Source: Candidatus Latescibacterota bacterium (GTDB lineage: Bacteria > Latescibacterota > UBA2968). From it: a stretch of DNA of 64,000 bases. The notes beneath the pieces were generated by a model. It had not been told where the DNA came from. It saw nothing but the letters and a program-made list of their open reading frames with translations, and searched no databases. The stretch's first letter is position 1. Each line of letters opens with the position of its first letter. Below, piece by piece: positions 55,918 through 64,000 of the stretch. The stretch is from assembly GCA_965204375.1 (NCBI GenBank), contig OZ241986.1:3520001-3584000 (forward strand), read 5' to 3'. Made by a program: the position numbers and the translations under genes.

Positions 55918-57365
55918 GTGACCGACCCAACATCCTGTTCATCAACACCGACCAGCACACCTGGGACGTCATATCTGCCTACGGCAACACACACGTAAAA
56001 ACGCCACACATCGACCGTCTGCACAACAACGGCATCTCATTCATGCGGTCTTATAGCAGCGACCCGGTCTGCGCCCCTGCGCGAGCGAGCTGGATGACCG
56101 GGCGATACACCTCGGAAGCTGGCACCCCATTCAACGGCGGCCATCTGCACGAAGACATACCCGATCTCGGTCAAATATTACAACAAAGCGACCATCGCGC
56201 AATCCACTGCGGCAAATGGCACGTAGATGGTCGAAATGTATATGACAGCTTCGACGTCCTGTACTACGGCCAACAGCGAATCGGTGCAGGCGGCGGCGAA
56301 TACTACGACGCGGCAATGACGCACGCAGTCGTAGATTTTTTAACCAACTACGACAAAACCGACCCATTTTACCTCCAGATCTGGTACGTCAACCCACACG
56401 ACATCTGCGAATATGGCCACAACTTTGAAACAAAAGAAATGCCCGACGCCATACGCCGGGGCATGCTCACCGAAGAAGAACTACCCCCCCTACCTGACAA
56501 CTTTAATTACGACACCCGCGAAACCGTCTTACACCGCGTATGCAGGCGCATAGACGAATGTCTGATCCACTGGCCCATCTTGCGAGCCATGAAAACATGG
56601 GACGAACTTCAATGGCGAACATTTATATGGCATCACCACCGATTTGTAGAAAAAGTAGATGGTGAAATCGGCCTGATCTTAACCGCCCTTGAGCAAAGCG
56701 GCCTCGCGGACAACACTGTAATCATCTTCAGCGTAGATCACGGCGAAGCCTTTGGCCAGCACCAGATGTTCCAGAAATTCTCCCTCTACGAAGCCAGCAT
56801 TCGCGTACCCTTTATCGTCTCATCACTCGGCCACAACCTGAACATCCCCAAAGGCGCGTTTGATCACCAACACTTTGTATCCGGTGTCGATCTCCTGCCC
56901 ACCGTATGCGACTACGCCGGAATCGACCCACCCGAACATGCGCGGGGAATGAGCGTGCGCCCCCTCGTTGAAGGCCGGGACGTACCCTGGCGCGACTTTG
57001 GCTTCGTAGAAAGCAACTACTGGGGACGCGCACTGCTTTTTGACCGATACAAATACGTTTGTGAGTATATTCCCTACGGAGATAAAAAAGACTTGCTCCC
57101 ACCCGGACCCGACCCCGAACGCATCGGCCTCGAACAAATTTTTGACCTCAGGAACGACCCGGGCGAAACGCAAAACCTCGCCTATGACGAAAACAAACGC
57201 GCATTATTGATACAATGTCGCCAGGCACTCCTGAATTTTGAAGCGGGATTGGAACGGCGGCAAATCACACACGAGCGACCCACCCGTCAAATCGGCAACT
57301 GGGGACAGAGGATCCGGGCGCACTGGGACGCACATCCCGAACTGGAAGCCCTGAGGATTCCCTAA
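55914..57365 (+). CDS. Cys-type sulfatase
   Basis: RPNILFINTDQH, CAPARASWMTG, GKWH, SVDHG; SD AGGAGG. Confidence 0.93.
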   Translation: MSDRPNILFINTDQHTWDVISAYGNTHVKTPHIDRLHNNGISFMRSYSSDPVCAPARASWMTGRYTSEAGTPFNGGHLHEDIPDLGQILQQSDHRAIHCGKWHVDGRNVYDSFDVLYYGQQRIGAGGGEYYDAAMTHAVVDFLTNYDKTDPFYLQIWYVNPHDICEYGHNFETKEMPDAIRRGMLTEEELPPLPDNFNYDTRETVLHRVCRRIDECLIHWPILRAMKTWDELQWRTFIWHHHRFVEKVDGEIGLILTALEQSGLADNTVIIFSVDHGEAFGQHQMFQKFSLYEASIRVPFIVSSLGHNLNIPKGAFDHQHFVSGVDLLPTVCDYAGIDPPEHARGMSVRPLVEGRDVPWRDFGFVESNYWGRALLFDRYKYVCEYIPYGDKKDLLPPGPDPERIGLEQIFDLRNDPGETQNLAYDENKRALLIQCRQALLNFEAGLERRQITHERPTRQIGNWGQRIRAHWDAHPELEALRIP

Positions 57366-57385
57366 AACAGAAAGGACAAAGCACC

Positions 57386-58939
57386 ATGAGCGACACGCCA
57401 GATTACACATCACTCGTACCGCACTACACATTTCCAAACACACTCGAAGAACAGCGCGAAGCCCTCGCCACAAATCCGCTATTACAGCGGATGAATGAAT
57501 CGCGCAAAGAGTATGAAGGCGACCCGCACAGGCCCATCTACCACTATGTAAACCCGGAACACACACTCAACGACCCCAACGGCCTCTGCTTCTGGCAGGG
57601 GCGATGGCATCTGTTTTACCAGGCATATCCCCCCGAAGACCCCCGCCAGCACTGGGGACACGCCATCAGCGACGACTTAATCCACTGGGAAGACTTGCCC
57701 TATGCGATATATCCCAATCCCGAACGCTGCTGTTTTTCCGGCTCAACACTCGTAGAAGACGACCGCGTCATCGCCATGTATCACGGCACCATGGTCGGCA
57801 ACATGGTCGCCGTATCCAGCGATCCCCTGCTCTTAAACTGGGAAAAAGTAACCGGACAAGCCGTAATCCCCATGCAAAATCCCGATGGCTCCACCCCGCC
57901 CTATCGGGTATTTGATCCCTGCATCTGGAAAAAGGGCGATTTTTACTACTCCCTCTCGGGCGGCACCCTGCCCGGACCGGGCGGCAAGCGCACCCGCGCG
58001 AACTTCTTGCTCCGATCACCCGACCTGGCGAACTGGACGTATTTGCATCCATTTGTCGAAGACGACCTCTTCACACTCGTTGGCGACGACGGTGCCTGCC
58101 CCTATTTCTGGCCCATTGGCGATCGTCATATCCTGCTATTCTACAGCCACATGAGCGGCGGGCAGTATCTCCTGGGCGACTACGACAAAGAACGCGACAA
58201 ATTTGTAGTAACAGCGCATGACAAATGCAATTTTGGACCTTATGGTCCCTGTGGCGTACACGCGCCTTCGGCAACCCCGGATGGCAATGGCAATATCATC
58301 GTCATCTTCAACATGAACCCGGGCAAGCCAACAGAGAATTGGAACCAGATCATGACCTTGCCCCGCAAAATGACGCTTATCGGCGAAGAAGATATACGCA
58401 TAGAACCAGCGGGCGACGTAAAATCCCTGCGCCGCGACCACCAGCACACAGGTCGCATGACACTCGCCGCCAATAGCGAGATCGTCCTCGACACTATTCA
58501 GGGCAATGCAATGGAGATCGTCGCTGAAATCGATACCAAAAACGCGCCCATGGTCGAAATGGACGTATTGCGGTCACCCAACAAAGAAGAAGTCACGCGC
58601 ATCATGTTCTTCAAAGATCGCGGATTCAGAAATCGAGAACGCAACACACAGAAGAGCCTGATCACAATCGACTCATCGTGTTCATCCATTCTACCCGACG
58701 TGCGCACCCGCGCGCCAGAAACCGGTTCGGTCTATATCGAGCCGGATGAAACCTTAAAATTGCGCGTATTCGTCGATAAAAGCGTCGTAGAAGTATTCGT
58801 AAACGGCAAACAATGCGTGGCACTGCGCGTCTATCCCGGGCGCGAAGACAGCACTGGCGTCTCCCTCCGGTCACAGGGACAGGACAGCGAACTCCTGTCT
58901 CTCGACGCCTATCAGATGGAGAACATCTACACATCCTGA
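57386..58939 (+). CDS. GH32-family protein with atypical catalytic motifs
   Basis: LNDPNG, WHLFYQ, HWGHA.S.DL, FSGS, VFVDKSVVEVF. RDP appears as FDP and EC as AC. Confidence 0.85.
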   Translation: MSDTPDYTSLVPHYTFPNTLEEQREALATNPLLQRMNESRKEYEGDPHRPIYHYVNPEHTLNDPNGLCFWQGRWHLFYQAYPPEDPRQHWGHAISDDLIHWEDLPYAIYPNPERCCFSGSTLVEDDRVIAMYHGTMVGNMVAVSSDPLLLNWEKVTGQAVIPMQNPDGSTPPYRVFDPCIWKKGDFYYSLSGGTLPGPGGKRTRANFLLRSPDLANWTYLHPFVEDDLFTLVGDDGACPYFWPIGDRHILLFYSHMSGGQYLLGDYDKERDKFVVTAHDKCNFGPYGPCGVHAPSATPDGNGNIIVIFNMNPGKPTENWNQIMTLPRKMTLIGEEDIRIEPAGDVKSLRRDHQHTGRMTLAANSEIVLDTIQGNAMEIVAEIDTKNAPMVEMDVLRSPNKEEVTRIMFFKDRGFRNRERNTQKSLITIDSSCSSILPDVRTRAPETGSVYIEPDETLKLRVFVDKSVVEVFVNGKQCVALRVYPGREDSTGVSLRSQGQDSELLSLDAYQMENIYTS

Positions 58940-58950
58940 CACCCACCCAC

Positions 58951-58990
58951 AAAAAAGCCCCCGACGCCACAATAGCACCGGGGGCTTTTT
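58951..58990. terminator. Bidirectional terminator between convergent genes
   Basis: AAAAAGCCCCCG...CGGGGGCTTTTT. Confidence 0.8.
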
Positions 58991-59003
58991 GTTTTACGCT
59001 CTA

Positions 59004-60269
59004 CTATTCATTCTCATATTGCGCGGCGTAAATCGTGAGTTTGGTCGCCTCTCCGATTTGTTCGAGCTCTGGGCGGCGTCCAGATAGACGCAGGCTATCT
59101 CTCACCAGGTTCAAGAACCCCTCTCCTCTCGCTTCCATAAAGCTGCTGCCGGTCAGCGCGCTCTTGTAATCGCGCATAAAGCCCGCCAGAAGTTGATTGC
59201 GGCGAACGGGCTGGCAGCCCGCGTATAAATTCTCAATAGTCAGCGTGTTGTAGAGCGCACCCGGATTCTGAAACTCAATTCGGTCGGGAAACATGCGAAT
59301 GATAATCTGCGAACCCGCAATTTCGTAATCCCGATGCACAACCGCGTTCACAACAGCTTCCTGAAGCGCTGTGAGTGCGTAACTCGGATAATCCCTTCGG
59401 CCATCTCCATCCTTCCTGGAAACCGTTGGAACCAGAGGAGAAACCCGTAAATAGGACACCACCTGGGCGATCTGTTCAGGCACTGGTCCAACGAATCGGT
59501 TGCTATCCACAGTATTGCCATCGGGTGTATCGTGGGTATATACGGCCAAATCGATATAAGCACCGTATATATATCGCTCGGGCTGTTCTGCAAATAGCAA
59601 CACCCCAAGGTATGTCGGCGTCACACCCGAGTCGAGCACTGCGGCGAGTTTGTGGGCCACAAGAGTGGAACCCCAGTCATCGGGCTTGGACCAATCCGAG
59701 AAGCGATCGCGAAAGTATTTTTCCAGACGAACCTCGCTCAGATCATCCAGACTACTGCCCAACAGCGGTCGTTCCTCAATCGGACTGGTCAGACGACGCG
59801 CACTCAACAGACGGGCAAGTCGCTCCGGAGGAATGGATTGCCGGTGGCTACCCAACCGTTGAAGATAGCGTCCATCGCTCGTTTGATGTACATCGAATCT
59901 CGACATGGGGATCTCAACAATCAAACAGAGTTTTGGGACATCGTCTTCTCCGGGCAGATATTCCCAATCCAACGCCGGAACAATCATCGGCTTACAGTTA
60001 TTCAGCGCCACATTGACTACAAATTGCTCCAGAAGATCGCGCTTTTCGGGCTCGATACCGACTGGCATGCGATCGCTATTGCGCACACCTATCACAACCA
60101 CGCCACCCTTCGTATTCGCCATGCTGACAAATACTTCGGCAAGTCTGGAAGTGGCGCGTCCTTCTTCCCTCGCAAAGGAAATTCTGTCTCCCCGAAACAC
60201 AATCTCCTTTAATTCGAGTTCAGTATCTTCTCCGGCCCGAATAGAAGCCAGGCGTTCTTGTTTATTCAT
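59004..60269 (-). CDS. AlbA_2 (Schlafen-like) domain + HATPase-like domain protein
   Basis: GEDTELELK, SMANTKGGVVVIGV, ALQEAVVNAVVHRDY, RIEFQNPG, EARGEG. Confidence 0.85.
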   Translation of the reverse strand: MNKQERLASIRAGEDTELELKEIVFRGDRISFAREEGRATSRLAEVFVSMANTKGGVVVIGVRNSDRMPVGIEPEKRDLLEQFVVNVALNNCKPMIVPALDWEYLPGEDDVPKLCLIVEIPMSRFDVHQTSDGRYLQRLGSHRQSIPPERLARLLSARRLTSPIEERPLLGSSLDDLSEVRLEKYFRDRFSDWSKPDDWGSTLVAHKLAAVLDSGVTPTYLGVLLFAEQPERYIYGAYIDLAVYTHDTPDGNTVDSNRFVGPVPEQIAQVVSYLRVSPLVPTVSRKDGDGRRDYPSYALTALQEAVVNAVVHRDYEIAGSQIIIRMFPDRIEFQNPGALYNTLTIENLYAGCQPVRRNQLLAGFMRDYKSALTGSSFMEARGEGFLNLVRDSLRLSGRRPELEQIGEATKLTIYAAQYENE

Positions 60270-60312
60270 CGTCGCTTTGTTCCGTGTTTGTTACCCGGTT
60301 ATTACACAACCT

Positions 60313-61497
60313 TCACGACAGAGTCTGGAAACGCTCCCACGCTTCGCCAGCCGCTGCAGCTTGCCGCTCCAGCTCACCGCGCCAACCGATCACCTCGCCA
60401 GCTTTGATGCGCTTAATGTCGAATCCCGGATACCGGTCCTCGAGCGTATCCCCGAGTTTCGTTCTCTCGGCCCAGCGATCCCACGCCGTCTTCATCCACT
60501 CGTGTGGCAGTGCTTCTCGCACAGCGGGATCGAGCTGCCATGCATGTCGCACATCGCTCACAGAAGGCTCTTCGTCAGATGGTCCCGACCACTTCGACCA
60601 ACCGATTGACAACGTATTGCGCTCGCGACCGGGAACCGTGTGCCCCGTATGGATCGTCGCCCCATTGCGGATCAGAGCCTCCCCGGCCTTGAGCCGGATC
60701 GCCACCTGTCCCGGCAATGGATCTTCGCCATTCCAACTCGGCGTATGCGGCACCCCCTGCTCCTTTACCGCCTTCGGCAAAAGCACATCGTGCTCAAACG
60801 GCGTACGCCACCGATTGTGGCTCCCCGGTATGAGTTCGTGACACTCATCGTCCGCCAATGCCAAAAACATACTCACGCCATTTCGCTCCTTCAAAGACTT
60901 CGCGTTATTTGCGCGGATCTCTTTCCAGCGTTTTCTCTCGACCTCCTCGGAATACGCCTCTGGATCTCTACCCCGCTCATCCCGCTGTGCAAAATAGCGC
61001 TCACCCGTGCCCCACCACGTCACATCCCGGTGCCAGCTGAGCTTATTCTCTTTCTGCCGCGGATTGCACCACAGCAGCAAACCACCCAGCACCATATCTT
61101 CTGGCTCCAGCCCCCCATCACACCACGAATGAACAAAACTCAGAAAATCTGGCGAACCGTGGAACTCCGCAAAACACGGCTCTCCAAAAGCCGGATGGAT
61201 AAGCCCCCGAATCGCCCACGGCTCATCATTACCCGTGCGGTGTACATACCCCTTCGAGCAATCGATCTTGCTATACTCATTCTCTGGCGCGCACGCCTCG
61301 GTCACGCGGCGCCCCGCCTCGCGGAGAACGGGAATCCAGGGATTATCGGCAAAATCGTTAATAATGACAAAACCGTGCGCCTCCAGATGCGCCAATCGCT
61401 CTGGCGTAGCCCCGGGAGCCGAAAGCTCCGGTTTGAAATCGGCAAAAGCCGGAGCGCGATAAACCGTCGATGGTGATTGAGAATTGGACATCTTCAT
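60313..61497 (-). CDS. PhyH-like Fe(II)/2OG dioxygenase (long form)
   Basis: LEAHGFVII, WHRD, IPGSH, LKAGE..IHTG, ERNT. Confidence 0.82.
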   Translation of the reverse strand: MKMSNSQSPSTVYRAPAFADFKPELSAPGATPERLAHLEAHGFVIINDFADNPWIPVLREAGRRVTEACAPENEYSKIDCSKGYVHRTGNDEPWAIRGLIHPAFGEPCFAEFHGSPDFLSFVHSWCDGGLEPEDMVLGGLLLWCNPRQKENKLSWHRDVTWWGTGERYFAQRDERGRDPEAYSEEVERKRWKEIRANNAKSLKERNGVSMFLALADDECHELIPGSHNRWRTPFEHDVLLPKAVKEQGVPHTPSWNGEDPLPGQVAIRLKAGEALIRNGATIHTGHTVPGRERNTLSIGWSKWSGPSDEEPSVSDVRHAWQLDPAVREALPHEWMKTAWDRWAERTKLGDTLEDRYPGFDIKRIKAGEVIGWRGELERQAAAAGEAWERFQTLS

Positions 61498-61711
61498 TCC
61501 TTTCGCCCCGTGCCAGACCTATCGTCTCAGCACTGAGGTCATCGTAAAGGTGATAAATCTGCTTTTCCCCACTTCCCGTGAAATTATGGCATGAAACAAA
61601 AAAATTATCAAGCGTTTTGCTATTCGTAAGAAAGTAAAAATGTTGCTTTTTTTTAAAACTGGTATAATTTTGGGCGAGATAAAATTGAAACGCGAATTTG
61701 AGGAGACCGCA

Positions 61712-62491
61712 ATGGAACTAACCGAAAGCCAAAAGCGCTTCTTTTACGAAGAAGGCTATCTCAAAGTCTCGGGTGCCGTACCTCGCGTAATGGTAGATGC
61801 CGCGCGGCAGGCGATCAATGCCGAAATAGGCAAAGGCAATACCAACCCCTTTCCCGAAATCAACGCCACACCCGTAATCACGGACCTGTTCAACGAAACA
61901 CCCGCCTTCTCACTCCTCGAATCCGCATTGGGAGAAGGCAATCTGCAGCGCAGTCAGACGGGAAGTATCAAGCTCAATTTTCCGCGACCGCCAGGCAGTC
62001 TTCCAAAAGATACTTTAACGGAAAAAATTGGATGGGGCAGAAGTGGCGGACACCTGGACGGCATTAAAGCCGTAGGCGCCCGGCTGCGAGGATTACGCGA
62101 AGACGGAACTTATAACCGGAATTTTACATCTTTTGCGGTCGTATATCTCGACGATGTCCCCGTTCCCAATGGCGGCAACTTTACAGTATGGCCCAAATCG
62201 CATCACTTCTTTGAAAACTACTTCAAAGAACACGGACATCAAATACTGGATGACCACATGCCCCATGTCGAACTACCCGAAGGTCCAGTATTTGTAACTG
62301 GGGAAGCGGGAGACGTGGTCTTTGCCCATCACGCCATGGTACATACCGGCTGTCCCAACACCTCGCCAGACATTCGATACGCCGTGATCTTCAGGACCAA
62401 ACACACCCAGATCGACGAAATCGGACTCGATGCCTTCACAGATATATGGCGCGAATGGGATGGTGTGCGCGAGACTGTCGGCGTAGTATAA
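61712..62491 (+). CDS. PhyH-like Fe(II)/2OG dioxygenase
   Basis: FYEEGYL, HLDG, WPKSH, AGDVV..VH..PN..DIRYA; SD GAGGAG. Confidence 0.88.
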   Translation: MELTESQKRFFYEEGYLKVSGAVPRVMVDAARQAINAEIGKGNTNPFPEINATPVITDLFNETPAFSLLESALGEGNLQRSQTGSIKLNFPRPPGSLPKDTLTEKIGWGRSGGHLDGIKAVGARLRGLREDGTYNRNFTSFAVVYLDDVPVPNGGNFTVWPKSHHFFENYFKEHGHQILDDHMPHVELPEGPVFVTGEAGDVVFAHHAMVHTGCPNTSPDIRYAVIFRTKHTQIDEIGLDAFTDIWREWDGVRETVGVV

Positions 62492-62517
62492 ACCAAACCA
62501 CAGAAAGGAAATCCATT

Positions 62518-63411
62518 ATGAAACGCCAACAAGCAACTGACTTTGACCAGGAACTCCTCGACCTCTACGATGAATATGTCCACGGACAAACAGACCGGCG
62601 AGGCTTCTTAAACCGCGCAACGAAATTCGCAGTCGGCGGCGTAACCGCTGCCGCTCTGCTGGACAGTCTGAAGCCCAATTACGCGCTTGCACAGCAAATC
62701 GCCAAAGACGACGAGCGCATCAGCGCCGAATATATCGAATATCCATCTCCAGAAGGACACGAAAAAACGCGCGGATACCTCGTCGCGCCAGCACAGACAG
62801 AAAGCAAAGTACCCGGCGTCGTTGTCATCCACGAAAATCGCGGCCTAAATCCCTACGTAGAAGACGTTGCCCGGCGCGTGGCAACGGCCGGTTTCCTGGC
62901 ATTAGCCCCCGACGCACTCGCCCCCCTCGGCGGATATCCCGGCACCGATGACGAAGGGCGGCTCATGCAGCGCGAGATAGACCGCAATAAAATGACAGAA
63001 GACTTCATCGCCTCTGCGCGTTATTTACACACACACGAAAAATGCACCGGCAAAGTCGGCGTCGTAGGCTTCTGCTTTGGCGGCGGCATGTCGAACACCC
63101 TTGCCGTGCGCATCCCCGACATCATCTCTGCCGCAGTCCCCTTTTACGGCCGCCAACCCGCTGTCGAAGACGTGCCAAAAATAAAAGGCGCCTTGCTCAT
63201 CCACTATGCCGAACTGGACAGACGCATCAACCGGGGCTGGCCCGCTTATGAAGCCGCGCTCAAAGAAGCAGGTGTGAATTACACGACTCATATATACGAA
63301 AACGCCAACCACGGATTTCACAATGACACAACGCCGCGCTATGACGAAGCCGCTGCAAAATTGGCATGGCAACGCACGATTGACTTTTTTAATGAGACAT
63401 TGAAAGAATAA
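62518..63411 (+). CDS. Dienelactone hydrolase family protein with twin-arginine-like N-terminus
   Basis: [27 protein letters not shown]. Confidence 0.92.
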   Translation: MKRQQATDFDQELLDLYDEYVHGQTDRRGFLNRATKFAVGGVTAAALLDSLKPNYALAQQIAKDDERISAEYIEYPSPEGHEKTRGYLVAPAQTESKVPGVVVIHENRGLNPYVEDVARRVATAGFLALAPDALAPLGGYPGTDDEGRLMQREIDRNKMTEDFIASARYLHTHEKCTGKVGVVGFCFGGGMSNTLAVRIPDIISAAVPFYGRQPAVEDVPKIKGALLIHYAELDRRINRGWPAYEAALKEAGVNYTTHIYENANHGFHNDTTPRYDEAAAKLAWQRTIDFFNETLKE

Positions 63412-63430
63412 TTTTTTTCAAGGAATCTTC

Positions 63431-64000
63431 ATGAACGGCATTGAATACATCGCTCGCATATTGAAACAAGAAGGCGTCGAATGGCTCTCCTGTTACCCCA
63501 GCAATCCTCTAATTGAAGCCGCAGCCCAGGAAAGCATTCGCCCAATCGCATTTCGCCACGAACGCGGGGCAGTCATGGCCGCAGACGGCTTTAGCCGCAC
63601 CAGCAACCGACAGCGATTTGGCGTCGTGGCAATACAGGCACAAGCCGGTGCAGAAAACGCAATGGGTGGCATTGCCCAGGCTTATGCCGACAACGTCCCA
63701 ATTCTGGTCCTCCCAGGCGGCGTAAGACTCAATCAAATCGCAGTTCGTCCCAATTTTTCCGCAACCCACACCTATCGCGGATGGGTCAAACGCGTCGAGG
63801 CGATCTATCGACCAGAAGATGTCGGCACCGTAATGCGCCGCGCATTCCACGCGCTTCGCAATGGTATTTCGGGCCCCGTCGTAGTCGAAATGACCTCCGA
63901 CGTCTGCGCAGAGGAAATACCCGCCGATGCACAAAATTATCACTCGCCAAAACGCGCGCAACAGGTGCCCTCGTCCGGAGACATCAAAGATGCCGTCACA
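63431..64000 (+). CDS. Thiamine pyrophosphate-binding protein (runs off window end)
   Basis: Hand translation MNGIEYIARILKQEGV...FRHERGAVMAADGFSR...AYADNVPILVL; absent from the ORF track because there is no stop in the window. Confidence 0.88.
   Translation, partial: MNGIEYIARILKQEGVEWLSCYPSNPLIEAAAQESIRPIAFRHERGAVMAADGFSRTSNRQRFGVVAIQAQAGAENAMGGIAQAYADNVPILVLPGGVRLNQIAVRPNFSATHTYRGWVKRVEAIYRPEDVGTVMRRAFHALRNGISGPVVVEMTSDVCAEEIPADAQNYHSPKRAQQVPSSGDIKDAVT

Noticed and set aside
20498-63961. Many long antisense or alternate-frame ORFs (e.g. 22780-23730, 35834-36661, 50389-51240, 60640-61476, 63509-63961)
   Set aside because: They shadow well-supported genes and are explained by biased codon usage.

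Overview
Bacterial chromosomal segment with four parts. (1) 386-15366: a mostly co-oriented run of small accessory enzymes (3 GNATs, RidA, NUDIX, 2 methyltransferases, 2 phosphotransferases, C45 peptidase, toxin-antitoxin parts). Near its start is a complete 3,395-bp IS1595-family element (770-4164; 23-bp terminal inverted repeats, 8-bp target duplication) carrying passenger genes. Each of its three forward transcription units appears to be paired with a predicted short counter-transcribed RNA, which is the most unusual structure I see. (2) 11921-20552: three MacB/FtsX-type permeases, two behind a sigma-54-type promoter. (3) 23921-33430: a defence island with two ABC-ATPase/DUF4276 pairs, a single-chain restriction-modification enzyme, an ApeA-like HEPN protein and a HigBA-like pair, plus a duplicated higBA fragment. 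(4) 22135-23880 and 33811-64000: a catabolic region with 9 PhyH-like Fe(II)/2-oxoglutarate dioxygenase genes (three domains have HxG instead of HxD), 4 sulfatases, an arylsulfate sulfotransferase, GH29, GH151-like and GH32 glycosidases, a dehydratase and a truncated TPP enzyme. The gene content resembles sponge-associated Poribacteria/Latescibacterota-type genomes (inference only). No rRNA, tRNA or CRISPR array was seen. All family calls come from motifs read by eye; no database searches were run.
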